A stretch of 64,000 nucleotides of DNA, from contig NC_057750.1 of assembly GCF_004010195.1 (NCBI RefSeq), positions 15,750,545 through 15,814,544 on the forward strand, written 5' to 3'. Positions within the stretch are counted from its first letter, which is position 1. Each line of letters begins with the position of its first letter. This document shows, piece after piece, positions 37,824-50,945 of this stretch. Source of the stretch: Chiloscyllium plagiosum. Taxonomy: Eukaryota. The notes under the pieces were generated by a model. It was not told where the DNA came from. It did not search any database and worked only from the letters and a program-made list of their open reading frames with translations. The position numbers and the translations under genes are program-made.

Positions 37824-40199
37824 TGACCTACTTCTGCTCTGATGTCTTATAAACTTATGATCTTTAATTGTGGAGTTTGTTCCATCCCTCCATGTAACAT
37901 CAAATGAAAAAAATTACAATTTCCTTTCCTCCAACACAAGGGCTTTTTTTCAGCTCCTACAATTAGACTTGCCCCAGTGAAGTGTTTGAAATTAGTTTGA
38001 TGACTGTTAACCTGTATGATGTGTATCATCTCTGTTCGGATGAGTCACCTGTTATTCCTAAGGAAGGTTGACATCGAGAACAGTAGCTTCCAACATCAAA
38101 GGACTTGTGTTTGCTTCTCATGTGTTGTATTAGTGTTTTTGTACCTTAAAAAGTTGACAAATTCTTATGAGCTCTTGAGCTTGGTAAGCTTTCTGATCCC
38201 ATTATTCTCTTGTATTGTTTATGAATATTGGGATATCTCTTTTCCAATGTAAGATCCTCTTTGGATTGCAATGTATCTGAAAAAGGAGTTTCAGAAATTT
38301 TAACAACAGTTCTGGATCCAATTAATTCTAATTGTAAATCAGCATAAGATTCTGATTGTGTGTAAAGATCACTAATAAAGTTATCAACAGGTCTCCAGGA
38401 AGCTGTATTCTTTTGACAGGTTCTATGTACTTTTAGCTGCAAAATATTTTAAGATGCACTCACAAGTTCATCACAGGGATTTTCTCCTGTTTCTTTTGTT
38501 CAAATGGCTGTGTTTTTGTAGAATTCAGTTTTTTTTTAGTCTAACCTGTCTGGTTGAATCTGCACTGCATTTACCATCTTTTAATGGGGAATAGTGGTGC
38601 CCACGGCTGCCATTCCTCCTGATTAGCCAATTCTCACAGTCCAACATCGGCACCTCCAAGTCATGGCGACCATCGACACCATGAACTGCCAGCTCAAAGT
38701 GAGAGGATCTCCAAGAAGATCACGCACCCCAGTCCAACACCGGCACGACCAAATCAGGGTTGCCTTGGATCGATTCACTGCCTCCATCCTTCTTATTGGT
38801 ATTAGTTCAATAAGCAACTGATACTATGTGGGGAAGGATTTTAGACTGAAATTAGGCTCAATTGTGATGAAGCATAAACTGGTTTATTACATATTATTTA
38901 ATAGCTCATTACAAATAAGATTAATGCATATCTCTTGTGAAGCATTAGGCTGAACTTAAGAATAAGTTCACACTATTACTTTAGCTATATGCTGTTCTTC
39001 ACTAAGAACAATCCTGAAGCACCATATACATTCCAGTGAACACATGGACAACTGGGTCCTTTGGGAGAAGCAATAATGTAGTGGTAATGGTACTGGACTA
39101 GTAAATCAGCACCCCCAATGTGATGGATGATGAAATTTGAATGAATAAAATGTGAGTGGAGAAAAAGATTAGTCATTATCACGCAATGATTGTCATAAAA
39201 TAAACCCATCTGGTCCAAAATCTTATGGTGATTTACAATTCGAACTATTTCAATCCAGTAATATTGTTAAAATTTCTGATACTTTTTTTCAGATATATTG
39301 TCCCCCGATCTACATGTGATTCTAGAATCACAGCAATGTGCCTGACTCTTAAATGCCTTTTTTGAAATGGCTGAAGTTCAAGGGAAATTAGAGATAGGTA
39401 ATAAGCACTGGTCTTGCAGTGATGCCCATCAATCCTCCTGAATGAATAAACAACCTCAATGGTCAGCCCTTTGTCCTGAGTTTATGTCCCCATGTTTTAG
39501 ATTCCCCAACCAGTGGAAGCAGTGTCTCAGCACCTGCCTGAACAAGTTCCCTCTGTATTATACTGACACATTGCAGCCAAATCTTTATCTCTCATTGCTA
39601 AGGGTTCTTGTTTTCCATATTTCTCAACCACAATCTAACATATTCTGATCACATCTAACCTCTTGTACAATTGCCAATTCCTTCCTCAATGCACATTACA
39701 TATGCTTCCCTTTCATTCCCCTTCACCTCCCACACCACATTCTACCTTCATCATGTCCACCAGAGTCACAAGATCCTCACATCTGCATTCACTGGCTAGG
39801 ACCAAAAAGAGGCCGTTTGACCACTTCCACTAGATTCCACCACTCCAATAGACCATGGCTGATCTTTTTTGAACTCCAACTTCCTATTTGATTTTATAGC
39901 CTTAACGTCCTGCCCAAAAGTCAATTTCACTGTTGAAACTTGCAAATTGATCCCCGGCTCCAACAGCTTTCAAGGATTGAGAGAATTCCTGATTTCCACT
40001 CCCCTTTGTATATCATCGCCCCGAAGGTTCCAGCCCTAACCTTTAGATTATATCACCTTGTGTCATCTTTGCAAACTAGAGGAAATAGTTTGATTCCCTG
40101 TGTCAACTCTATCAAATCCTTTTCATGTTTAAATTGTTTCAAAGAACTCAAATACATTGACTGATAATGTTCCAAAACTCCTTAGGTTCAGGAAAGGTC

Positions 40200-41110
40200 C
40201 CTATAAATTGGAATATTACTAATTAAGACCTCTAAATGAGAAAGGAGGGAGACTAAGAGCACAAACTATAGGCTTGACATCTGTTTTAAAGCAATTGCAA
40301 GAACCTGTGCTTAAATAGATGAGTCAAATAGTTTAAATACTTGGAAAATCATAATTCAATCAGGCAGAGTCCATGTTACTTTACAAAAGGAAATCATATT
40401 TTGAAAAATTTAGTTGAGTTCCTTGAGGAACTAACAAGCAATTTGGATAAAGGGGAATCTGTGGATATGGTTGAATTTGATTTACAAAAGACATTTAACA
40501 ATGAGGCACGGTGGCTCAGTGTTAGCACTGCTGCCTCACAGATCCAGCGACCCAGGTTTGATTCCACCTTCGGGTGTCTGTGTGGAGTTTGCACATTTTC
40601 CCCATGTCTGCATGGGTTTCCTCCAGGTGCTCTGGTTTCCTCCTACAATCCAAAGATGTGCAGGTTAGGTAAACTGGCTATCCTAAATTGTCCCTCATAT
40701 CCAGAGATATATAAGCTAGGTGGATTAGCCATGTGGAATGTAGGGGTATGTTTGGGTGGGATGCCCTTCGGAGCGTCATTGTGGATTTGATGGGCCAAAT
40801 GACCTGCTTCCATGCTGTATAGATTCTATGAACAAGGAGCCAGAAATTGTTACACAAAATAAGAGCTTGTGGTTTAGCCAATAACATATTATAATGGATA
40901 AAGGATTGGTTTCCTTCCAGGAAATAGAGTACTGGGGTAAATGGGTCTTTTATTGGATTGTCAAACTGGAATGCTAAGTGGTAGGAGAAAAGTTGCAATG
41001 CAGGTTCAATGACTGACTAGGAAGTCAAATGGAATGTTGATGTTTATTTCAAAGGGAGTGGAACATGGAAATAGGGAAGTTTCATTGCAGCAAGACCATA
41101 TATGGAGCTC
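40200..41110 (+). mobile_element. Old CR1 RT fragment with nested HE1 SINE (40504-40829, plus)
   Basis: NLVEFLEELTSNLDKGESVDMVEFDLQKTFN interrupted by a SINE with A box tggctcagtg. Confidence 0.75.
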
Positions 41111-41559
41111 TGTGTGCAGTTTTGGGTTCAGATTGCATGAGAAGCAGATCAAAGAAGCATTCAAGTTACATACTACATTTTTATTCTTGCAAAATGGACA
41201 AGTTTATATTTTTCCACTTTATACTCCATCTGCCCAAATCTTTGCCCATGTATAACCTATCTATATTTCTTTGCAAACTCCTTATATCTTCTTGACAATT
41301 TACTTTCTTACCTATTTTTGCTTCATTGGAAAATTTAGCAATTATATGTCAATCTTATCATTGATACGGATAGTAAATAGTTGAGGCTCAAGCATTGATC
41401 TTTGTGGCACTGCACTTGTATTAGTTTGGCAACTCAAACAATGACCCATTTACTCCAACACTCTATTTCCTGTAAGGAAACCAATCCTTTATTCATTATA
41501 ACATGTTATTGGCTAAATCATGAACTCTTATTTTGTGCAACAACTTCTGGTACTTTGTT

Positions 41560-41790
41560 CATAGAATCCCTACAGTGTGGAAACAGGCCATTTGGCCCAT
41601 CAAATCCATACTGACCACCTGAAGGGCATCCCACCCAATCATACCCCATCCCTGTAACCCTGCATTTCCAAAGGCTAATCAACCTAACTTGTAACATCTC
41701 TGGATACTAGGGGTAATTTAGCATGGCCAATCCATCTTGCCTTTGTACTGTGGAAGGAAACTGGAGCATCTGGAGGAAACCCACGCATAT
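41560..41790 (-). mobile_element. HE1-type V-SINE, 5'-truncated
   Basis: catagaatccctacagtgtggaaacagg tail and partial V-domain. Confidence 0.8.
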
Positions 41791-43049
41791 CAGAGAAGAT
41801 TCACTAAACTGATTCCTGGGATGAAGGGGTTTTGTTATGAGGAATGGTTGAGCAAGGTGAGTCTGTAGCCATGGGAGTTTAGAAGAATGAGAGGTAATCT
41901 CATTGAACATACAATATCCTGTTGTGACTTGACCAGGTGGATGCTGAGAGGATATTTCCCCTGGCGAGGCAGGATAGAACTAAGGGACACAGTTAGACTT
42001 AAAAAGGGCAAGGGCTCTTTGTGCAGCTCACCATGCTGCTTGGTGAGAAGACAGATTGAATCTGCTACATGGAGCACGACTCTCCAGTGCAGCTATAAAA
42101 AGCCTCCCCATGCCCCCAACCCAGTGGGGTGTTAGAAAGGAGAACACCACTTCAAACTGCAGACATAGCAAACCACCATGTGGCCTGTCCACGTAGTATG
42201 CAGCCGCCCCTTCCCCTCCTATCCCCAACTCGTACTCCACCACCCCAACTCCTACCCCATCCCACACCCGGCTTCCAAAACCCCTGGCCAAGTTAGACAT
42301 ATCAACAGTGGTAGGATGAGACCATTAAAAAGCCAATTAAGGGCCTCAGTTGGCCATGAGGTGGGAAATATAACCTTGACCTTCCTTGTTGCTGCCTTAA
42401 TTAGGGACCAATGGGAAGCCAACCCAACTCTAACCCCTACCTTTCCGATCTGCCTCTCGCTTCCGACCCATTCTGAGTGAAGAGGAAGGGGCATTAAATT
42501 CTAACCAATCAATGCAGTCTCCAGACATGGTTGACAGGAAAATTACTGAATCGCATGAGTTCTGCTCAGGAAACAGTGGTACCACCATACATAGCCAATC
42601 CATACAGCTACTGTCTTGGTGCAAATCCAGTTCGGGTTTAACACTCTCTGCAGCCCCCTCAACAGACAAAGGAAACATGCTACAAACCGGACCTCAGCCC
42701 TTCAAGCTTTCTTTGGGAATAGACTCCAAGCAAGAGGAAATCCAGAAGCTAATCTGCGATCAGAATACATTATAATCTGAATTTCTGTTAAAACTGGAAA
42801 TGAAGACAATTTATTTTCTTATCCAGCAAGTATTTGGAAGTCACAGTGTAAGCATTCAATTTAAACTTTCATAGGTGCAGGTATAGAGGGTTGGATAAAA
42901 GGGCCAGAATTGCATGATATTAAGAAATAGTAAGGTGTGGGACTAATTCAGAGAGTTAGCCCATATATGCCAGGAATGGACGTTTTAAGTTATAGGGATA
43001 GGCTGGGACTTATTTCACTGAAGCATAGGAAGTTGAGGGATAGTTTCAT

Positions 43050-43980
43050 CGTAATAGAAGCAGGAGTATGCATTTGGTCCATCAAGCCTGCTCTGCCATT
43101 CATTTAGCTCATGGCTGATCTAGCAATCATCTCAGCTCCTCCTACCTGCATTATTCCCATAACCCTTAATTCCTCTACCATGCAAAAGCCCATCCAACTT
43201 GAATATTTGCAATGAAGCTGCCTCTACTGCTTCCTTGGGCAGGGAATTCCATAGATTCACTACTCTCAGGGAAAAGCAGTTCCTCCTCATCTCTGTCCTA
43301 AGTCTAGTCCCCCAGTGTTAAGGCCACGTACCCTAATCCTAGTCTCACCCACAGGAGAAACAACTTGCCTGCCTCCATCCTACCTATCCCTTTCATCATT
43401 TTATATGTTTCTATAAGATCCCCTCTCATTCTTCTAAATTCTAGCAAGTACAATCCCAGGCAGCTCAACCTCTCCTCATAGGGTAACCTCCTCATCTCTG
43501 GAATGAACAGGGTGAACCTCTTCTGCACCGCCTCCAAAGCCAGTATATCTTTTCTCAACTAAGGAGACCAGAACTGCATACAATACTCCAGGTGTGGCCT
43601 ATTATTTTTACTTCAAAAGTGGATAACCTCACATTTACCAACATTGTACTCCATCTGCCGGACCCTTTCCCACTCACTTAATCTATTTAAATTTCTCTGC
43701 AGACCCTCCATATTCTCTGCACAGTTTGCTTTTCCACTCAATTTAACGTCATCAGAAAACATGGTTACATTAGACTTGGTCTCCTCTTCCAAATCATTTA
43801 TATGTATCATGAACAGTTGCAGGCCCAACACTGACCCCTGTGGCACCCTGTTCACCACTGACCTCCAACCAGAAAAATACCCATTTATCCCAACTCTCTG
43901 CTTTCTCTTGGTTAACCAATCCTCTATCCATGCTAGTACATTCCCCGCAACTCCATGCATTCTTATTTTATGTGGCACCT
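43050..43980 (-). mobile_element. CR1 LINE RT fragment and 3' end
   Basis: VPQGSVLGLQLFMIHINDLE, MFSDDVKL, RRMRGDLIETYK. Confidence 0.9.
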
Positions 43981-45467
43981 TGTAGAGGTCTTTAAAATCA
44001 TGAGGAGTATAGATAAATTGAATGGCAGGTGTCTTTTCCTAGGATGGCAGATTTCAAGATGTGGGGGCATTCATTTTTTAGGTGAGAGGAGAAAGATTTA
44101 AAAAGGATATGAGGGTCAAACTTTTTACACAGAGAGTGGTTTGTGTCTGGAATAACCCCTTTCATGAAACCATGCTAAATTTGTCTAATCCTATTAATGC
44201 TTTCCAAGTGTTCTATTACATGTCTTTTATAATAGAGTGTATCATTAACCCCATTGCTAATGTTGGCTAACTGGTCAGTAATTCCCTCACTGGATCTAAT
44301 ACAATTCCTAATTTCTTTTCTATGCCATAGTTAAGCCACCTTTCCTCTTTTGTTTTGGGTCAGGTAGGAATAAATACTACATCCATAAATTCCCTAAATA
44401 TTAGTTACTGCCTATCCAGTGTCAACCCTTTTAGAAATGCTCCACAATCCATTATTCCCAACTTATGCTTCATACCGTTCTAGTTTCATTTATTTAGATT
44501 CAGAACCCTCACCATGGGATATTTTATGGACCTAAGATGGTGCCAGGAATGGTGACTTTGTACACATTTCACTGTAATCCTGCATCCCTGTACTTGAGTA
44601 CCTGTGACAATAAAACCTGACTCAAGTTGAAGATCTTCCTGAGTTTTTGTAAGCCTTCAAATTCGCTAATACTAGACTAACATACAGAAAGTAGCTCACC
44701 ACCAGATAGAGAATGCTGATCCAACCAGTGATGGCCACATTCCCACGAATGAATAAAAATCAGGACAATTTGGCACCTTGAAAGGAATTGGCTCTGGGAT
44801 TTCACTCCCTTACTATCCATGGTTTGCTGCAGTCCAGTCTTTGCACTGCAACAGGCAGACAACTTAATCCCCTGAAAGTTTCTTTAATAGACTGACTGAC
44901 TTAGCTTTAACCACAATTTGTCACTAACTCATATGGGCCGAGCAAAAAGTTTAACTCAGATCAGCACAAGTTACAGAATCTATGAGAGAGGAAAAATACG
45001 GAACTGACAGAAGTATTGTCTAATGCAGATGCTAGGAATCTGGAAGTACAGGGCTGGGGTGGGACGGGGACGGGGGGGGGGGGGGGGTGATAGGGAGCGG
45101 TTAGATGAGGGAAATTACCAATGTCAGTTGTAATTACTCAAACTCGAGGCCACTCCGGGGGAAGTGCAGCTGGAGCTGATATGGTATGGGATTTGTGCAA
45201 CAGGATATTTCAAGATATTAACTACTACAGCAGTTACAGAAAAGGAAAAGCAGAGGGAAAACGAACAGTGCAGGATAGGGGATGGGGGAACTGAAACACC
45301 CACCACAGAAAATACAGCACCTATGGGTAGAGGGTCGGGTGGAGGTGAAGTTTTCGGGAACCAGTCATAGTAAAAGCAGCAAGGTTGCACAGAAGGTAGA
45401 GAGAGCAATATCAGCACATGCAAATGGGGAGAAACAAAGCCACTGTCAACATTGATGACAGGGCATT

Positions 45468-46030
45468 TGATGATTTGGAGACGCCGGTGTTGGACTGGGG
45501 TGTACAAAGTTAAAAATCACACAACATTAGGTTACAGTCCAACAGGTTTATTTGGAAGCACTAGCTTTCGGAGCGCTGGTCCTCCATCAGGTGGTTGTGG
45601 AGAATAAGATTGTAAGACACAGAATTTATAGCAAAGGTTTACAGGGTGATGTAACTGAAATTATATATAGAAAAAAACCTGATTGTTTGTTAAGTCTATC
45701 ATCTTTAGAATGACCATGTTGGTTTCAGTTCTTTCATCGCAAAACTTTTTTAAAAAGTTACATTCTCAAGTGAACTTTAACAATTGGTGTCATCTGGGTC
45801 CTGATAATGTATTGAAGGTGTGTGTTGCTCAGTGAGACTGTCTGTGCCACAATGGTCAGACTGATTCTTATCTAAAAACAGATTTACAGAATCTTACATG
45901 GACTCATGCAATTTTAGACCAAAGTAAAATGTAATTCTGCAATTACAAATTCACCTCACAAACTTATGTGTATGTGTGCATACGTGTGTTTGTGTGGGGG
46001 GGGCGTATGAATGTCTGTGAGAGAGTGCTG
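45468..46030 (-). mobile_element. Family B PLE 3' region (longer copy) with hammerhead-like motif at 45558-45593
   Basis: Family B terminus at 45468-45600; minus strand cac-ctgatgg-aggaccagcgctcc-gaaagcta-gtg; extent beyond 45600 less certain. Confidence 0.65.
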
Positions 46031-46378
46031 CATTTGATGTTCATGCAGCACTATGCTCAAGTTCTTAAATTATTTTTAGCCTTGTCAAAATGCTGTACAT
46101 GTTGCAAATCTAATCTAAAACAAAATATGAAGTCAATAATCCTCAAATCCTTGAGAGGGCTGCTGTAATTACAATCCTCTCCTATAGGTGGGGTTGTGGA
46201 TAACTATACCATCCTATCGGCTGACGGGAGGGGGGGGCATGAGAGCAATCCTACCATCCAGTAGTTTAGTGTAAAGTGGTCTGTGGGTACTCCTCCAAAG
46301 CTGTGGGTTTGGCAGAGTGGAGAGGGGGGGATTTGTGAATACTCCTCCAATCCTGTAGGTTACTCTCCAATCCTATGG

Positions 46379-46832
46379 ACAAAGTTAAAAATCACACATC
46401 AGGTTGTAGTCCAACAGGTTTATTTGAAAATGTTAGCTTTGGAACGTTCCACATTAGTGACCTTGCATTAGAAGACTCAGATAAGTTCAAAACAAAATAG
46501 TCTGATGAAGGCACAGTGCTCCGAAAGCTAGTGCTTCCAAATAAACATGATTTGAAGATGCCGGTGTTGGACTGGGGTGTACAAAGTTAAAAATCACACA
46601 ACACCAGGTTATAGTCCAACAGATTTATTTGGAAACGCTAGCTTTCGGAGTGCTGTTCCTTCATCAGGTGGTTGTGGATGCTGCAGCAGCGCTCAGAAAG
46701 CTAGCGCTTCCAAATAAACCTGTTGAGCTATAACCTGGTGTTGTGTGATTTTTAACCAAATAAACCTGTTGGACTATAACTTGTGTTGTGTGATTTTTAA
46801 CTCTGTCCACCCCAGTCCAACACAGGCATCTC
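46379..46832. mobile_element. Cluster of five family B PLE terminal units in mixed orientation (-,+,-,+,+)
   Basis: Recurrent ccaaataaacctgttgg and its reverse complement; intact hammerhead cores at 46502-46530 (+) and about 46638-46667 (-). Confidence 0.75.
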
Positions 46833-49164
46833 CTTATCAAGGCATCCAATCTCTGGGTGAGCTTCTAGGTACTCCTCCAATCCTATAGGTAAGGCTGTCC
46901 GAACTCCTCCAGTCCTATAAGTGAGACTGTGGCTCCTCCTCCAATCCTCTGGGGGCACCTGCCAGTATAACGCGTTTGAGAACGCAGCTGTGAAGTGCCT
47001 TAAAGGTACATTTTACCTCTTTAAAGGCATGAACTAAATTCAAATTGATCTGCGGGTTAATGGAGGTGCAAGGAGGTAACCCACCTGCAGTATAAGCAGG
47101 AAATACTAACCAGTCTCGCAACAAAGAGAGAGAAACAGTTAAAGTTTCAGGTTAGTGACCTTGCATTTGAACACTCAGGTAAGTTCAGAACAAAGTAGCC
47201 TGCTCAATTGGCACCACACTCATCACCTTCAATATTCACCCTCTTCACCACTGACACTCAGTAGCAGCAGTATATACCATCTACAAGGTGTTATGGGAAA
47301 TTCACCAAGATTCCTTAATCAGCACCTTCCAAACCCACGACCTTTCTATCTAGAAGATCAAGGACAGTAGATTATTGGGTACCATCCAAGACTTGGAAAT
47401 ATATCAATATTCTTCAGTGTCACAGGGTTAAAATCCTGGAATTCCATCCCTAACAGCATTGTTGGTGTCCCTACACCAAATGGACGGCAGCGCTTCAAGA
47501 AGTCAGCTCACCAACACCTTTTCAAAGGCAACAACAAATGCTGGATTGGTAAATCATATACCAGGAATGAATTGAAGATTCAACAGTCTTTAACTGAGGC
47601 AAGAAATATTAACCATGATCAAATGGTGTGCAGTGTGAATAGCCTAATCCTGCTCCAATATCTTATAGTCTTATGCAACAAGGGGATGAGGAAAGAACAA
47701 AGGGAAGTTCTGTAATAGGAGTAGAAGGGATGATTGATTAAATGAAAAAAATGATTGGTGATGCAAGACAAAAGGCGATGAGAAAGTAAAAGAACAAAGA
47801 TGGATCTAGAGGTGGTGAAATTGGGAAACAGCAGAATCATCACGAACAGCTTTAAATTAAACATGAGAAAATAGGCAATGCTGAAGTGCTATTCCTGGAT
47901 TTTTGGAGCGAGCTTCAGTAGAACAGTGCGGAAGGCTCAGGCCAGAGAGGAGGAACACATTGAAGAATTTAAGTGGGCAAGCAATTGGAACTTCAGGGTC
48001 ATTCTTGCACACTTAGCAGAAGCGAATCCCGACCCCATCCCCCCATCGCAGAGTAGAAGAGCCCACATTGTGAGTAGCGAGTACACTAAGCTAGGCTGAA
48101 AGGTGTACACATAAATTACTGCTTCACAAAGCAGGAGTGTTTGGGGCCTTGGATGGTGAAATGGGTGGAGTAAAAGGCTGGCACAGTGGCTCAGTGGTTA
48201 GCGCTGCTGCCTCACAGATCCAGGGACCCAGGTTTGATTCCACCTTCGGGCGTCTGTGTGGAGTTTGCACATTTTCCCCATGTCTGCATGGGTTTCCTCC
48301 AGGTGCTCTGGTTTCCTCCCACAATCCAAAGATGTGCAGGTTAGGTGAATTGGCAATGCTAAATTGCCCATAGTGTTCAGGGGTTAGGTGTATTGGTCAT
48401 GTGTAAGTTAGGTGTATTGGTCAGGGGTAAATGTAAGTGAATGGGTCTGGATGGTTTACTCTTCGGAGGTTTGGTGTGGACTTGTTAGGCCGAAGGGCCT
48501 GTTTTCAGACTGTATGGATTCTATGAGGTGTCAAATCTCCTGCACTGACATGAGAAGTTGCCAGGAGAAGATGTTGGGGCTGACTGAGGAGTAGACCAGG
48601 AATCTGATGAGGGGCTCCTGCCTGAAATGTCGATTTTCCTGCTCCTTGGATGCTGCCTGACCAGCTGTGCATTTCCAGAACCACTCTAACCTTGACTCTA
48701 ATCTCCAGCATCTGCAGTCCTCACTTTTTTCAGTGTCACAAGGTAGACCAAGCTATCATGGAAAGAAAGATCCCTTTGGAATTCTGAAAGGGGAGGGGAA
48801 GATACGTTTAGTGTGGCTTGTGGGAACTGTGATGTAGAGATGCCAGTGTTGCACTGGGATGGACAAAGTAAAAAATCACATGATACCTTCTGAAAGTCCA
48901 ACAGATTTATTTGAAATCATAAGTTTTCAGAGCGCTGCTCCTTTCACCTGACAAAGGAGCAGTGCTCTGAAAGCTTGTGCTTTCAACTAAATCTGTTGGA
49001 TTATAACCTGGTGTTGTGACTTTTGATATCATTGAAACTGGTGGAAGGTAATAAATTGAAGATGGAGGCTCAAGCGGTGGGAGGTGAGGATGGTTCAATG
49101 AGGAAGAGGAAGGACTGAGAGAGGAAGTGTGGCAAATGAGATGGTGAAAGTCAAGGTCCCTGTC

Positions 49165-49830
49165 ACAGAGTCATAGAGTCATACAGCACAGAAACAAATC
49201 CTTCAGTCGAACCAATCCATGCCAAGCATAATCCCAAACTAAACTAGTCTCACCTGCCTGCTCCTAGTCCCTATCCCTCCAAACCTTTTCTATTTGTGTA
49301 CTTATCCGCAGGAAGTTCATTCCACATGTGAACCACCGTTTGTGTAAACATTTTGCCTTCATGTCTTTTTAAAATCTCTCTCCTCTCACCCTAAAAATGT
49401 GTCCCCTGGTCTTGAAATCCCCCATCCAAGGGAAAATATACCTACCAGTAACCTTATCTATACCTCTCATGATTCTATAAACCTCTATCAGGTCACCTCT
49501 CAACCTCCTCCACTCCAGTGAAAAATGTCCCAGCCTATCCAGCCTTTCTCCATAACTCAAACCTTCCATACCTCGCAACATCCTGGTAAATTTCTTCTGA
49601 ACCCTCTCCAGCTTAATAACATCCTTCCAATAATTGGGAATCCAGAACTGGACACTGCACTCCAGAAGTGGCCTCACCAATGTCCTGTACAATCTCAACA
49701 TGATTTTCTACACTCAAAGGACTGAGCAATGAAGGCAAGTGTGCTAAATGCCTTTTTAACTACTCTGTCTATGAGTGATGCAAACTTCGAAGAATTATTT
49801 ACCTGAACCCCTAGGGTTCCTCTGTTCTAC
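49165..49830 (-). mobile_element. CR1 LINE 3' fragment
   Basis: LYRTLVRPLLECSVQFW..RRLRGDLIEVYRIMRG..TRGH. Confidence 0.9.
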
Positions 49831-50385
49831 AATACCACCCACCAGCATTCAGGGATCTCCATCTACGAAAAATGAAAGCATGTTGGAATCACTGCTGTGG
49901 AAGTTGACATCATCAGAACAACTGCAACAGAGAAATGGAATGGAGTCTTTCCAGGAAGGTAGAGTTAGGATAGCTGTGGGTGTCAGTGGACTTATAGTAC
50001 GCATCGATTCATGGCCTCTCACCAGAGATATATGGATATGGAGGAAGGGAAGGGAAATGTTGGACATGAACTATATAAAGTTAAGGGAAATATGGAAATC
50101 GGGACTAAAATGAATGAGATTTTTCTGTTTGGGACAAGAGCAGGAAGTGACACCAATATAGTCTTTAGTGTTCCCAGAAAAAAAGGGAAAGAATGGGTCA
50201 GACTAAAGAAAGGCTATTCAAGATATTCCACAAAAAGGCAACCAGAACTGGGGCTCACTGGACACCCATAGCAGCAGGATTTATATGGAGGAAGTGAGTA
50301 GAGTTAAAGGAGACATTGACCAATGTGAAAACTTGTTCAGCCAGAATTGTGAGGGTTGGGAACCACTTTGGCCTCGGTTCATGGA

Positions 50386-50604
50386 AGGTCAGGCAGCATC
50401 CAAGGAGCAGGAGAATCGACGTTTCAGACATAAGCCCTTCTTCAGGAATGAGGAAAGTGTGTCACACTTTCCTCATTCCTGAAGAAGGGCTTATGCCTGA
50501 AACATCGATTCTCCTGCTCCTTGGATGCTGCCTGACCTGCTGCGCTTTTCCAGCAACACAGTTTCAGCTCTGATCTCCAGCATCTGCAGTCCTCACTTTC
50601 TCCT
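50386..50604. mobile_element. Family A PLE-derived palindromic insertion with two opposed hammerhead motifs and a 16-bp flanking direct repeat
   Basis: Arms 50386-50461 and 50463-50538 pair at 74 of 76 positions; cctcggttcatggaag at 50372-50387 and 50602-50617. Confidence 0.9.
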
Positions 50605-50849
50605 CGGTTCATGGAAGTATTGGATGGAGACTAGAGAGATTGAATGTCCATGGTGAAGAGGGCACAGGTAGCACCATGAAAGTGGAAGTTCATGGAGTGA
50701 TGTGGAGCATTAAAGGAGACATGGATATGATTGAGAAGAGATTCAGAAAATGGAGGAACAGTGTTGAAAAAAAATCTGCTCAGTCGGGCAGGAACAGTCT
50801 GAGATTTCCCATCCTCTAGGGGGTACTGTGGTCAAACCACACATCCTAC

Positions 50850-50945
50850 AGAGTTGATAAAAAGTGGCACTGAAAAGGCACAGCAGGTCAAGCAGCATCG
50901 GCGGAGCAGGATAGTCGATGTTTTGGGTCAAGATCCTTCATCAGG
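50850..50945 (-). mobile_element. Short family A PLE unit with 9-bp TSD
   Basis: acacatcct at 50839-50847 and 50946-50954; ctgatga core present, GAAA mutated. Confidence 0.7.

Larger units (their letters stand above)
31950..38580 (-). mobile_element. Fossil Gypsy/Ty3 LTR retrotransposon internal region (gag, RT, RNase H, integrase), broken by nested insertions
   Basis: gag VDNFISDLYTQSESYADLQLELI (38146-38442); RT PKPDGAMRI and FTELDANSSLWQVPLD (35717-36150); RNase H GTGAVLLQ and MEREAFLVPWASERFSD..TNHKLLISLL (34680-34920); integrase EGHLGITKCR, VGADLF, ISDNEP (32400-32900); domain order is Gypsy-type. Confidence 0.8.
47580..50800 (-). mobile_element. Long, very degenerate Penelope-like element (RT plus GIY-YIG) with nested HE1 (48179-48524), short PLE units (48601-48730, 48830-49025, 50386-50604) and CR1 (49165-49830)
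   Basis: Minus-strand remnants LFTMDIQSL (about 50640-50660), WKDSIPF..CSDDVNFH (49849-50067), FQRDLSFHDSLV (about 48745-48790). Confidence 0.65.

Noticed and set aside
42430..42775. Overlapping ORFs with a repeated C.DWL peptide
   Set aside because: The peptide repeat comes from two ccaatc motifs; no recognisable protein or exon structure
46379..46832. CRISPR-like repeat cluster
   Set aside because: Eukaryotic context, mixed orientation, no unique regular spacers, no cas genes; units are PLE-type termini
3890..48260. tRNA-like A and B box sequences
   Set aside because: All are heads of tRNA-derived SINEs continuing into V-domain or other SINE bodies, not tRNA genes
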